The notes beneath the pieces are model-generated. The model worked only from the letters and a program-made list of their open reading frames with translations. It made no database searches and was not told the origin of the DNA. Shown here in pieces: positions 17,216 through 26,542 of a stretch of 44,131 bases of DNA. Made by a program: the position numbers and the translations under genes. Source of the DNA: Candidatus Brevibacterium intestinigallinarum. GTDB taxonomy: Bacteria; Actinomycetota; Actinomycetes; Actinomycetales; Brevibacteriaceae. The DNA lies in NCBI GenBank assembly GCA_019117325.1, contig DWZY01000329.1:1-44131 (forward strand). Reading direction: 5' to 3'. Numbering within the stretch: the stretch's first letter is position 1; each line of letters starts with the position of its first letter.

Positions 17216-20200
17216 CCGCTGAGACCCTGAGCGCTCGTGACCTCGCCGCGCTGCTGGGCGTCGACCCGCCCACGGACGAGCAGGTCTCGATCATCGAATC
17301 CCCGCACGACCGGGCCGCCGCCGTCATCGCCGGCGCAGGGTCCGGCAAGACCGCCGTCATCTCGCTGCGGGTCGTGTGGCTCGTGGCGAACGGCCTGATC
17401 GACGCGGATCGCATCCTGGGCCTCACGTTCACCCGCAAGGCGGTGGGCGAGCTCAACAGTCGAGTGCGGGACTACCTGGCCCGCTACCGGAGCACCCCGC
17501 ACGGGCGGGCCGGGGCCTCGGCAGACCAGACGCTGCCGGGACTCGACCTGCCCACCGTCTCGACGTACAACTCGTACGCGGCCGCCCTCGTGGGCGACCA
17601 CGGCATCGGGATCGGGCTCGAGGGCAGCGAGGACGTCCTCGACGCAGCCGCCCGTGACGCGCTCATGCAATCAGTCCTCGACTCCGCCGCGTCGGACGAC
17701 GTTCTGAGCGGCAGCAGGTCGACGATGGCCGACTGGGTCACCGGACTGCTGTCGGAGATGGGCGACCACCTCGTCTCGTTCGAGCAGATCGACAGGCACC
17801 TGGATGAGTGCCTCGACGCGCTGTGCACGGGGTCGTACCTGCGGGGGCTCGCGAAGACCGTGTCCGGGAAGCGGAGCGGAGTGTACGCGGACAAGGCTGC
17901 CAAGACCCTCATCGTGGAACAGCTGCGCTCGCTGGCGGACGCGCACGACGCGGCCGACCGTGCGGGGCGGACAGCACTGCGCGACGACATCCGACCGCTC
18001 CTCGAGGAGCACGACGAGGGCGTCGCCGCCAGGCTGCGATCCAAGCGGCGACTGGTGGAACTGGCCCGGCGCTATGCCCGGGCGAAGGCGGAGAGCGGCG
18101 GGCTGGAGTTCTCCGACCAGGTGGCTCTGGCTCATCGGATCATGGGTGAGAGCCCGGCGGCGCTGGAGGCTGAGCGCTCGCGCTGGGACGTCGTCCTGCT
18201 GGACGAGTTCCAGGACACCTCGCACGCGCAGTTCCTCATGCTCCAGCGCATCTTCGGCACTCACGCGGTCATGGCGGTGGGCGATCCGCGTCAGGCCATC
18301 TACGGATGGCGAGGCGCCAGTGCAGACAACATCGAGTCGTTCCCGGAGGCCTTCCGCGGTCCGCACGACGAACGCGCCCGCACGTTCAGCCTCACCATCT
18401 CCTGGCGGAACGACGCCGCGGTCCTCGAGGCCGCGAACCGCATCGCACGGGGATTGCCCACTGTCGAGGAGCGGGTGGGCCTGCAGCCCCGTCCCGGCGC
18501 CGGAGCCGGTGCTGTCACCGTCTCCCTCACCCACAGCGCACTGCCGGACCCCGAGCATCCGGACCTGCCCGCCCAGCTGCCGGAGCTCGTCGCGTGGATG
18601 ACCGCGGCGCGGGAGGAGCTCTTCGCCCGCCACCGCCAGAAGGAGGAGGAGCGCAGAGAGGAGGCGCGGGCCGCGGGACAGCGACCGCCGCGCCCCAAGC
18701 CCCTGCCCACGTTCGCGGTGCTGTGCCGGGCCCGGTCCGGATTCGGTCCCGTGGCCGCCGCTCTCCAGGACGCGGACCTGCCCGTCGAGGTCGCCGGGTC
18801 GCGCGGCCTGCTGGACGACCCCTTCGTCGCGGACGCGATGGCAGTCCTCGAGGTGCTCGACGACCCCGACGCGGGCGACATCCTCATGCGCCTGCTGTCC
18901 GGGCGGACCCTCCGACTGGGCGCCGCTGACCTCACAGCCTTCGCCGCCTTCGTGCGCGCCAGCGCGATCCGCGTCCCGGATCCCGGGGAGCCCAACGGGA
19001 TCCGGGAGGAGCGGATCGGGATCGTCGAGGGGCTCGACGAGCTCCTCACCCTCACCGACGGTCCGGGGGCTGAGCGGACGGCAGTGTCCGAGGGAACCTC
19101 CGCCACGACGCCGGAGCAGTCCCGTGCACTGGAAGCCATGACCGCAGAGGGGCGGCGACGACTCGCGCTGCTGGGCCGCACCCTGCGGAGACTCCGTCAG
19201 AGCACCCTCACACTCCCGGGTCTGGTCCGTGCGGCGATCCGTGAGACGGGTGTCGACACTGAGGTGGCGGCCCTGGCACCGGCATACGCGGATCTCCACA
19301 CGCGCGCCCTCGACAGCCTCCTGTCACTGGTCTCACGGTTCGCGGGGGAGCAGCCGGCGGGCGGTCCCCGGGAGTTCCTGCGATGGACCAGGCTGCTGGA
19401 GGCATCCTCGGAGATCGATGATGTGCCGATCGACCCGGTCCCCGGTGCCGTGACCATCATGACCGTGCACGCCTCGAAGGGCCTCGAGTTCGACGCGGTC
19501 GCAGTGCCCTTCCTCCACGACGAAGGTCTCCCCGGCAAGCGCGCCCCCAAGGAGGGATGGCTGGCCCAGGGGGGCCTGCCCTTCGCACTGCGCGGTGACC
19601 GGGCTGGACTGCCGTCCTACGATCTGCGGTCCATGGATCTGGAGGGCCCCAAGGACTTCAAGGACCGGACCGACCCCGGCGGCTCCCTGGCGAACGCGCT
19701 CGACCAGCACCACCTGGCAGCGGAGCGCCGGTTGGCCTACGTCGCTCTCACCCGGGCGCGCTCGCACCTCTTCCTGTCCGCGTCCCGCTTCACGATCAAC
19801 CGGAAGAAGCCGATCGAGACCCGGCCGTTCCTCACGGAGGTCGCCGAGGAGCGGGGGATCGAGCTGCCCGAGCTGCCGGATGTCGACACACTCGACATCC
19901 GGCGGCAGGATGAGGCCGACTGGCCGGTCCGGGAACCGCAGCAGGTGCTGGAACGGCGGACGCAGCTGGTCAGCGCAGTGCTGGAGGAGATGCGCCGCGA
20001 GACCTCCCTGGACGAGCTCGCAGAGGCGGCGGAGGACCCGTGGATCCGGGCACTCGCCCGCCGTGCGCTGCGCCTGACTCTGGACGCGGGCGGGGAGGCG
20101 CAGGAGCGGATCCTGCCCGGACGACTCTCCGCCACGTCCCTCGTGGGACTGCGCGCGGATGCGGACGACTGGTGGAACGGTCTCCGGCGTCCCATGCCCC

Positions 20201-20778
20201 AGCCGCCCAGCACCGCCGCGGACCTGGGCACTGCGTTCCACGCGTGGGTCGAGCAGCACTTCGGGCAGTCTGCGCTGCTGGACGTCGAACCGGACGCCTC
20301 CGGCATCCGCGCATCTCCCCAGCTCGCCCAGCGCATGGACGACCTCACACGCACATTCCTCGCCTCTCCCTACGCGCTCCGGTCGCCGGAAGCGGTGGAG
20401 CTGTCGTTCGAGCTGGTGCTCGACGCGGGACAGACGCCCCAGCGGCGGAGCTCCACCGTGCACGTGCCGGGCAAGATCGACGCCGTGTTCCGGCAGGAGG
20501 ACGGCGGACTGCTGGTCGTCGACTGGAAGACGGGACGTCTGCCCCAGGACTCGGACCGGCTGGAGGCGATGGCCGTCCAGCTCGCCGTCTACCGCCTGGC
20601 GATCTCGAAGATGCCGCAGTACGCGGACGCACCGCGGATCGACGCGGAGTTCTACTTCGTCGGGTCGGATGACGTGTGGCGACCTGCGGATCTGCCGGAT
20701 GAGCAGCGGATCGTCCAGTGGCTCAGCTCGACCCAGACACCCGCCGGACCAGCGGTCGTGCAGACGGTCGGCGGCTGA
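17212..20778 (+). CDS. adnB: AdnB subunit (UvrD-like motor + PD-(D/E)XK nuclease)
   Basis: AGAGSGKT, TFTRKA, LDEFQD, GDPRQAIYGWRGA, TVHASKGLEF, YVALTRA, GKIDAVF..VDWKTG..QLAVY; GTGA overlap with adnA. Confidence 0.9.
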   Translation: MTAETLSARDLAALLGVDPPTDEQVSIIESPHDRAAAVIAGAGSGKTAVISLRVVWLVANGLIDADRILGLTFTRKAVGELNSRVRDYLARYRSTPHGRAGASADQTLPGLDLPTVSTYNSYAAALVGDHGIGIGLEGSEDVLDAAARDALMQSVLDSAASDDVLSGSRSTMADWVTGLLSEMGDHLVSFEQIDRHLDECLDALCTGSYLRGLAKTVSGKRSGVYADKAAKTLIVEQLRSLADAHDAADRAGRTALRDDIRPLLEEHDEGVAARLRSKRRLVELARRYARAKAESGGLEFSDQVALAHRIMGESPAALEAERSRWDVVLLDEFQDTSHAQFLMLQRIFGTHAVMAVGDPRQAIYGWRGASADNIESFPEAFRGPHDERARTFSLTISWRNDAAVLEAANRIARGLPTVEERVGLQPRPGAGAGAVTVSLTHSALPDPEHPDLPAQLPELVAWMTAAREELFARHRQKEEERREEARAAGQRPPRPKPLPTFAVLCRARSGFGPVAAALQDADLPVEVAGSRGLLDDPFVADAMAVLEVLDDPDAGDILMRLLSGRTLRLGAADLTAFAAFVRASAIRVPDPGEPNGIREERIGIVEGLDELLTLTDGPGAERTAVSEGTSATTPEQSRALEAMTAEGRRRLALLGRTLRRLRQSTLTLPGLVRAAIRETGVDTEVAALAPAYADLHTRALDSLLSLVSRFAGEQPAGGPREFLRWTRLLEASSEIDDVPIDPVPGAVTIMTVHASKGLEFDAVAVPFLHDEGLPGKRAPKEGWLAQGGLPFALRGDRAGLPSYDLRSMDLEGPKDFKDRTDPGGSLANALDQHHLAAERRLAYVALTRARSHLFLSASRFTINRKKPIETRPFLTEVAEERGIELPELPDVDTLDIRRQDEADWPVREPQQVLERRTQLVSAVLEEMRRETSLDELAEAAEDPWIRALARRALRLTLDAGGEAQERILPGRLSATSLVGLRADADDWWNGLRRPMPQPPSTAADLGTAFHAWVEQHFGQSALLDVEPDASGIRASPQLAQRMDDLTRTFLASPYALRSPEAVELSFELVLDAGQTPQRRSSTVHVPGKIDAVFRQEDGGLLVVDWKTGRLPQDSDRLEAMAVQLAVYRLAISKMPQYADAPRIDAEFYFVGSDDVWRPADLPDEQRIVQWLSSTQTPAGPAVVQTVGG

Positions 20779-20832
20779 CCACCGCGGGGGCGAGAGGAGA
20801 CCCGGACTGCGAGGAGACAGTGCGCTGCGGCG

Positions 20833-22119
20833 TCAGGCGGTCGGGGGCTCCTGGTCCTCCGGGGACTCGTCGTCCTCACGCGGATCGTGCACGTGGAGCT
20901 CGGAGGTGTCGAGTCGCTCCGTCGCAATCGCGTCCTCATCGATCCCCGCGCCGATGCGCGCCGACGGGAGGAACACCTCGGGATTCTCCCCGTCCGGCAG
21001 TTCCTCGGTGTCGTGCGAGAGATCTGCGGTGTCGTGTGTGTGATCGTCCGTGTCGTGCGGATGGTCATCGGGCTCGGCCGTGAAGTCCTCGGCTGTGTGC
21101 GTCGGGTCCTCGGGCGGGTGGGGGAGGTCCTCGGCAGGAGCGGAGGTCTCCGGGGCCTCGGTGCTCGGGCTGTCGCCGTCGTGCGGATCGTCACCGAGTC
21201 CGTCGGAGTCGCCCGTGACCTCGGCGAGTGCCTCGAGCAGATCCGCCGCATCGTCGATGGCGGCATCGTCCTGCGCCGCGACGGCGGCCAGCAGCCACTC
21301 GAGGACGGTGATCTCCGCGTGGAAGCCCACACGCCGGCGCAGGCCGGGATCGTCGGGATCACGGTGCGCGCGGTACGCACGGAAGAACCGCTGAAAGTCC
21401 TCCGGGCTCAGCATCGACGACACGGCGGCCAGGTCCATGGCCGGGTCGCCCACGCGCAGGCGGGCCAGCTCGGACACGGCGACGACCTCCCCATCGATCG
21501 CCCACAGCGCATCGGGTCCCAGGCTCGCGTGGACGGGCACCGGGAGGAAGCGCCATGCGGTGACCTCCTCGAGCGCGGTCTCCCAGCGGCTCAGCAGGCT
21601 GGAGGGGACCCGTCCGGTCGCGGCCGCGGAGTCCAGGTCCGCCAGGAGCCGGTCCCGGGTCTCCGCCGACTCCTCGACGGTCAGTCCCGCATCCGCGATG
21701 GGTCCGGCATCCGCCGAGTGGATGAGCGCGATCGTTCGGGCCAGGGACTCGACCAGGGCGGGCTGCTCCTCGAACATCGCCGTGGACAGGGGCAGCCCCG
21801 GCATCGGGTCCGCGATCGTGAGCGTCACATCCGCATCGTGGCCCACGATCTCGCCCTCGATGGTCCGTGCCGCGAGGATGTGGGGGATCCGGGGCGCGTC
21901 CGCCGGGAGGAGCGGGGCCAGTGCTGTCGCTGCGACGTGCTCGGCATGCGCCGCGGCCGCTCGATCGTGCGCCGCGACCGTGACGACGAGGCTGCGGTCG
22001 CCGTCGGTGATGAGGATCCTGTCCGTGTCGGAATCGGGCAGACGCGTCCACGAGCTCGGCTCGAAGTCGTCCAGCAACGTGGCTGCGACGGCGGTGATCC
22101 TCATCCCTGCGGTGTCCAC
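20833..22119 (-). CDS. APH/macrolide-phosphotransferase-fold protein with degenerate catalytic motifs and acidic tail
   Basis: LARTIALIH, ATGRVPSSLLSRWE, PVPVHASL, VGDPAMDL; position between adnB and nudC as in other Micrococcales. Confidence 0.75.
   Translation of the reverse strand: MDTAGMRITAVAATLLDDFEPSSWTRLPDSDTDRILITDGDRSLVVTVAAHDRAAAAHAEHVAATALAPLLPADAPRIPHILAARTIEGEIVGHDADVTLTIADPMPGLPLSTAMFEEQPALVESLARTIALIHSADAGPIADAGLTVEESAETRDRLLADLDSAAATGRVPSSLLSRWETALEEVTAWRFLPVPVHASLGPDALWAIDGEVVAVSELARLRVGDPAMDLAAVSSMLSPEDFQRFFRAYRAHRDPDDPGLRRRVGFHAEITVLEWLLAAVAAQDDAAIDDAADLLEALAEVTGDSDGLGDDPHDGDSPSTEAPETSAPAEDLPHPPEDPTHTAEDFTAEPDDHPHDTDDHTHDTADLSHDTEELPDGENPEVFLPSARIGAGIDEDAIATERLDTSELHVHDPREDDESPEDQEPPTA
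21001..21147 (-). repeat. Seven degenerate 21-bp (heptad) coding repeats
   Basis: TSAPAED LPHPPED PTHTAED FTAEPDD HPHDTDD HTHDTAD LSHDTEE; the DNA unit GTGTCGTG recurs at 21-bp spacing. Confidence 0.75.
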
Positions 22120-22169
22120 ACGCCCAACTTACCCGTTCGCGGAACCGCGGTCCCCGAGCGGCACAGGCG

Positions 22170-22191
22170 TGTCCGCGGTCTTCGGTATCGT
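22170..22191 (+). promoter_or_regulatory. PafBC/RecA-NDp-type promoter of nudC-uvrD2 (leaderless)
   Basis: TGTCCG-CGGTCTTCGG-TATCGT, 7 nt before ATG 22199. Confidence 0.7.
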
Positions 22192-22198
22192 GGCGAGC

Positions 22199-23206
22199 AT
22201 GAGACCGCTCCCCATGTTGCCGCCCGCCAGCCTGTCCCGGACGTCCATCGATCGCAACCACCGCCTGCGCGCCGCGGGGATCGACGCCGTCTGGCAGACC
22301 GGTCGGGCGCACGCACTGGCGGGCCACCGCGGCGCCCTCCTCATCTCGCGCGGCGGGCTCCACCTGCTGACACAGGACCAGGTGCCGCAGGACGCAGAAC
22401 TCTTCTACCTGGGCCAGGACGAGGCGGGCGACCACTTCATCGGGGCAGCGCTCAAGGACGAGGGCCGCGCAGAGCTGGACCGCTGGGTGGGTGCCCAGCA
22501 GGCGCGGGATGCGGAGGCGTGGCTGACGGACCCGATCGGCGGACTCGATGCGACGGAACCCACGTGGATGACTCTGCGCGACCTGGGCGAGCAGCTGAAC
22601 GATCGCGATGTCGCACTCGCGACATCCCTCATCGCCCTGGGCAACTGGCACGCCACGCATACCCACTCGCCGCGCAGCGGCGAACCCACCCAGTCGGAGC
22701 AGTCCGGCTGGGTGCGACGGGACCCGGTCGCCGGCAGCGAGCACTTCCCGCGGACTGACCCTGCCGTCATCATGGCGGTCGTGCACACGGACCCGCAGGG
22801 CGAGGAGCACCTGCTGCTGGGCTCCAACGCGATGTGGCCGGAGGACCGCTATTCCCTGCTGGCCGGATTCGTGGAGCCGGGGGAGACCCTCGAGTCCGCG
22901 GTGATCCGCGAGGTGCACGAGGAAGCCGGAATCGTCGTCCGCGCGCCGCGCTACCTGGGATCGCAGCCCTGGCCGTTCCCGGCCTCGCTCATGCTGGGCT
23001 TCACGGCGGAGGCGGATTCGATGGAGACCAGTGCGGACGACGACGAGATCACGGCGCTGCGGTGGTTCACCCGTCAGGAGCTGCGGGACGCGATCGCCGC
23101 GCGGCAGGTGGCGGTCCCCACTACGGTCTCCATCGCCGGACAGATCCTCCACGGCTGGCTGGACCTCGACCTGACCGGCGACGACCCCGCACCCGCGGGG
23201 CCGTGA
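22199..23206 (+). CDS. nudC: NAD(+) diphosphatase / NAD-cap decapping enzyme NudC
   Basis: FPRTDPAVI, Nudix box AGFVEPGETLESAVIREVHEEAG, SQPWPFPASLM signature. Confidence 0.95.
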   Translation: MRPLPMLPPASLSRTSIDRNHRLRAAGIDAVWQTGRAHALAGHRGALLISRGGLHLLTQDQVPQDAELFYLGQDEAGDHFIGAALKDEGRAELDRWVGAQQARDAEAWLTDPIGGLDATEPTWMTLRDLGEQLNDRDVALATSLIALGNWHATHTHSPRSGEPTQSEQSGWVRRDPVAGSEHFPRTDPAVIMAVVHTDPQGEEHLLLGSNAMWPEDRYSLLAGFVEPGETLESAVIREVHEEAGIVVRAPRYLGSQPWPFPASLMLGFTAEADSMETSADDDEITALRWFTRQELRDAIAARQVAVPTTVSIAGQILHGWLDLDLTGDDPAPAGP

Positions 23207-23216
23207 CGGACGTGCC

Positions 23217-25274
23217 GTGACAGATGATCAGCATCCCCTGCTGAGAGGCCTCGACCCGGAGCAGCGGGAAGTCGCCGTGCACGCCGGGGGACCCCTCGTC
23301 GTGCTCGCCGGTGCGGGCACGGGCAAGACCCGTGCCATCACGCACCGCATCGCCTACCAGGCCGCGATCGGGGCGACGGACCCGCGCCGCGTCCTCGCGC
23401 TCACCTTCACGACGAAGGCCGCTGGAGAGATGCGATCACGCCTGCGTGCACTGGGCACGCCGTCCGTGCAGGCGCGCACATTCCACTCCGCCGCGCTGCG
23501 CCAGCTGCGCTTCTTCTGGCCGCGCATCTCCGATGGGCCGTTCCCGGAGCTCCTGCCGCAGAAGGCGACACTCGTGGGACACGCGATGCAGGCCGTGGGC
23601 ATCGCGCCGGAGCGCGAGACGATCCGAGACGTCGCCGCAGAGATCGAGCACGCAGCGGTGTCGCTGCTGGGTGTCGACGACTATGTGGAGCGGGCCGCGG
23701 CGCGACCGCTGCCGGACGGCATCGACCTCGACGCGATGGTGCAGATCATGCAGCGCTACGGCGAGCTCAAGACCGAGCGGAGGGTCCTCGACTTCGAGGA
23801 CGTCCTGCTGGTCCTCGTGGGCGCCCTGGGCACCCATGAGGACATCGCCGCCCAGGTGCACGACCAGTACCGCAGCTTCGTCGTCGACGAGTTCCAGGAC
23901 GTGAGCCCGCTCCAGCACGACCTCCTCATGCGGTGGCTGGGCAGGCGCGACGACCTGTGCGTCGTGGGGGATCCCGCGCAGACCATCTACACGTTCGCGG
24001 GTGCGACGGATCGCTACCTGCGGAGGATGCCCGTCGATTTCCCGTCGTCCCGGGAGGTGCGGCTGGTGCGCAACTACCGGTCGGCGGAGCCGATCATCGG
24101 AATCGCCAACGCAGTGCTGCGCCGCACTGGCCGCACGCCCATCCAGCTGATCGGGACGCAGCGGACGGGGCCGCCGCCCGCCTTCACGGAGTACGCGGAT
24201 GACGGGGCGGAGGCCGAGGCGATCGCGTCTCGGATCGCAGGAGAGATCGCATCGGGCCGTCGTGCGGCGGACATCGCGGTCCTCTTCCGGACCAATTCGC
24301 AGAGTCGCGCGTTCGAGGAGGCGCTGGGCGCGCGCGGCGTCTCCTACGTCCTGCGCGGCGGCGAGCGGTTCTTCGCCCGCCGCGAGGTGAAGGAGGCGCT
24401 CGCGGTCATGCGGGCCAGCTCGCACCGGGCCGGGTCGGACCCGCTGGACGTGCAGGTGAAGGACATCCTGTCCTCGATCGGCTGGTCTCCCACGGCGCCG
24501 CAGGCACAGGGCGCCGTCCGTGAGCGGTGGGAGTCCCTGTCCGCGCTCGTGGGGCTCGCGCAGGACAGCCAGGCGGAGTCGCAGCTGCCAGTTCCGCTCA
24601 CGGCCTTCATCGCGGATCTGGACGATCGCGCCGAGCACCAGTTCGCCCCCACGATCGACGGCGTGACTCTCGCCTCCGTGCACGCCGCGAAGGGCCTCGA
24701 ATGGGAGAGCGTCCACCTGGTGGGAGTCTCCGAGGGACTCCTTCCGATCGGCTATGCAGAGACGGCGGAGGCGATCGACGAGGAGCGTCGCCTCTTCTAC
24801 GTGGCTGTCACCCGCGCGCGGACGGCTCTGTCGCTCAGCTGGTCGAAGGGCAGGCGGGGGAGTCCCGCCAAGGGCAGGCGACCGTCCCGGTTCGTGGGCG
24901 AGGTCCAGGCCGGTCGTCCGGAGCGGCCGGAGGCTCCCGCGCGCAGGGAGGTTGTCGCGGCACCGGTCCGCTGCCGGGTCTGCTCGACTCTGCTCACCAC
25001 CCGTGCGGACAAGAACCGGGGTCGGTGCGCCCAATGCCCGGCGGATGTCGACGGCCCGGTCCTCGAGGCGCTCATCCACTGGCGGGGTGCACGCTCCCAG
25101 CAGCTGAACATGCCCGTGTTCCTGGTGCTCAGCATGCCCACGGTCCGCGAGATCGCGGAACGGGTCCCTGAATCGCTCGACGATCTGGGCCGCGTCAGCG
25201 GGATGGGACCCATCAAGCTGGAGCAGTTCGGACACGAGATCCTGGCACTGATCCGGGCTCACCGGACGCGCTGA
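23217..25274 (+). CDS. uvrD2: ATP-dependent DNA helicase UvrD2
   Basis: AGAGTGKT, VDEFQD, GDPAQTIY, NYRS, HAAKGLEW, YVAVTRA, CRVC...CAQC and a C-terminal HRDC-like domain. Confidence 0.93.
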   Translation: MTDDQHPLLRGLDPEQREVAVHAGGPLVVLAGAGTGKTRAITHRIAYQAAIGATDPRRVLALTFTTKAAGEMRSRLRALGTPSVQARTFHSAALRQLRFFWPRISDGPFPELLPQKATLVGHAMQAVGIAPERETIRDVAAEIEHAAVSLLGVDDYVERAAARPLPDGIDLDAMVQIMQRYGELKTERRVLDFEDVLLVLVGALGTHEDIAAQVHDQYRSFVVDEFQDVSPLQHDLLMRWLGRRDDLCVVGDPAQTIYTFAGATDRYLRRMPVDFPSSREVRLVRNYRSAEPIIGIANAVLRRTGRTPIQLIGTQRTGPPPAFTEYADDGAEAEAIASRIAGEIASGRRAADIAVLFRTNSQSRAFEEALGARGVSYVLRGGERFFARREVKEALAVMRASSHRAGSDPLDVQVKDILSSIGWSPTAPQAQGAVRERWESLSALVGLAQDSQAESQLPVPLTAFIADLDDRAEHQFAPTIDGVTLASVHAAKGLEWESVHLVGVSEGLLPIGYAETAEAIDEERRLFYVAVTRARTALSLSWSKGRRGSPAKGRRPSRFVGEVQAGRPERPEAPARREVVAAPVRCRVCSTLLTTRADKNRGRCAQCPADVDGPVLEALIHWRGARSQQLNMPVFLVLSMPTVREIAERVPESLDDLGRVSGMGPIKLEQFGHEILALIRAHRTR

Positions 25275-26139
25275 GCGGGATGCGGCAGTCGCAGTCGGGG
25301 TGGAACCGCGCCGGTGACTGCGATCGCTCACCCGTGCGGGCGCTGATGCGCAGGAGCGGTCCCAGCTCCGCCAGTCCCATCGCCCACGCGCGCAGCAGCC
25401 GTGCCGTCTCGACTGCCGCGCTCCGCAGCAGGAGGGGGTCGACGAGGGCGTGTGACGACCGTGCCCGCAGCTGCTGCCACCCGGCGAACCAGCCCTCGTC
25501 CTCGTCCCGCGTGTGGAGCACTGCGCACGTGAGGCACGGTGTCGCTCCCGGTCGCACGGGGGTCAGGTCCGCCTGCTGATCACCCAGCCGGATCGACACG
25601 TGGTCGGCCTCCTCCGCGAACAGGCGGGAGGCATCGTCGACGCTCGCCGTCCAGCGGTCGACCAGGACGGTCAGGGCACGTGCTGCACCGGCAGACAGGG
25701 CCTCGTCGATGCTGGCGACCGGTCGGGGCGTGAAGCCCGTGGCTCCCAGTGCCTCTGCGACGACCGCGGCATCGGTTCCCACGACGAATACGGGCCGGTC
25801 GCTCACCGCTCGTGCGGTCTCGACAGCGCCCAGGCCGTGGAGCGCGGCGAAGCACTCGACATGATCGCGCGCGACGGGCCCGCCTGCCGCGGCATGAGAG
25901 GGAGCGAGCGCGCCGGCCTCGGTCAGCAGGTCCAGCAGGGACAGCGCGCGGGTGCGGCCGACACCGCGGCGCTGGGCCGCCTCCAGGTACTCGTCCGGCT
26001 CGCACCCGCGGCACAGGCGGTCGATGAGCGAGAGATCGCCCGCGGTGAGACCGTCGATGAGGACGGGATCGTCGACGCCCAGCTGGACGCTCGACTCCGT
26101 TCTGCGGACCAGTGCGACGCTTCTGTGGAACTGCAGCAT
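25213..26139 (-). CDS. Degenerate ThiF/E1-like protein (Rv3196-like)
   Basis: SVQLG, VRPGATPCLTC, HPDCDC; GAGGAGG SD; 3' end overlaps the uvrD2 3' end by 62 bp. Confidence 0.7.
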   Translation of the reverse strand: MLQFHRSVALVRRTESSVQLGVDDPVLIDGLTAGDLSLIDRLCRGCEPDEYLEAAQRRGVGRTRALSLLDLLTEAGALAPSHAAAGGPVARDHVECFAALHGLGAVETARAVSDRPVFVVGTDAAVVAEALGATGFTPRPVASIDEALSAGAARALTVLVDRWTASVDDASRLFAEEADHVSIRLGDQQADLTPVRPGATPCLTCAVLHTRDEDEGWFAGWQQLRARSSHALVDPLLLRSAAVETARLLRAWAMGLAELGPLLRISARTGERSQSPARFHPDCDCRIPLSASGEPGSVPGSRVRTAPA

Positions 26140-26202
26140 GGGGGCCTCCTCACCCTCCACCGTAGGGAGTGAGAGGCGTGCGGGGGAGCCTGGGCGGGAA
26201 GC

Positions 26203-26542
26203 TGTGGAGAAACATGTGGAAACAGAGCACCGGAAGGTGAGCGCGACGGGGCCGTGCCGCGTGTGGCAGCCGGTTGTCGCGCACCTCCCGGTGCATCTGC
26301 CCCCCAGCCTCGCGCGGCGTTCGTGAGCCTTCCCCCAGCCCACGAACCCCGGGTTTTCCGAGGGTATGACACACAAACCTAGGAGTCGCAGACCGGCACG
26401 TCAACGCGCGCGTGCACACCCGTGTCCGCCCAGCTGTGGATAACGTGTTGACGACACGCGGTGCCCTGTGCGCGCCGATGTGGACGGAGCGTGGCTGAGA
26501 AGTCCCACATCCGCGGGACTCAGCGGATTCCGCTGTGGATGT
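26203..26542. promoter_or_regulatory. Cluster of co-oriented DnaA-box-like 9-mers
   Basis: TGTGGAGAA 26203, TGTGGAAAC 26215, perfect TGTGGATAA 26435, TGTGGACGG 26479, TGTGGATGT 26534. Confidence 0.6.

Noticed and set aside
13718-20778. Helicase-nuclease pair as a novel anti-phage or Cas4-linked system
   Set aside because: Architecture and synteny match housekeeping AdnAB; there is no CRISPR array or cas gene.
20833-22119. Acquired macrolide/aminoglycoside resistance gene
   Set aside because: Catalytic aspartates are missing, it sits in a core syntenic position, and there is no mobile context.
26366-26443. 25-aa ORF MTHKPRSRRPARQRARAHPCPPSCG next to the ThiF/TOMM-like gene as a RiPP precursor
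   Set aside because: Many A/T-ending codons unlike this genome, no properly spaced SD, its last codons are simply the DnaA box, and there is no YcaO, dehydrogenase or transporter nearby.
26423-26444. Fourth PafBC-type promoter (TGTCCG-N10-GATAAC)
   Set aside because: The -10 lacks both conserved T positions and coincides with the DnaA box; no gene start follows.
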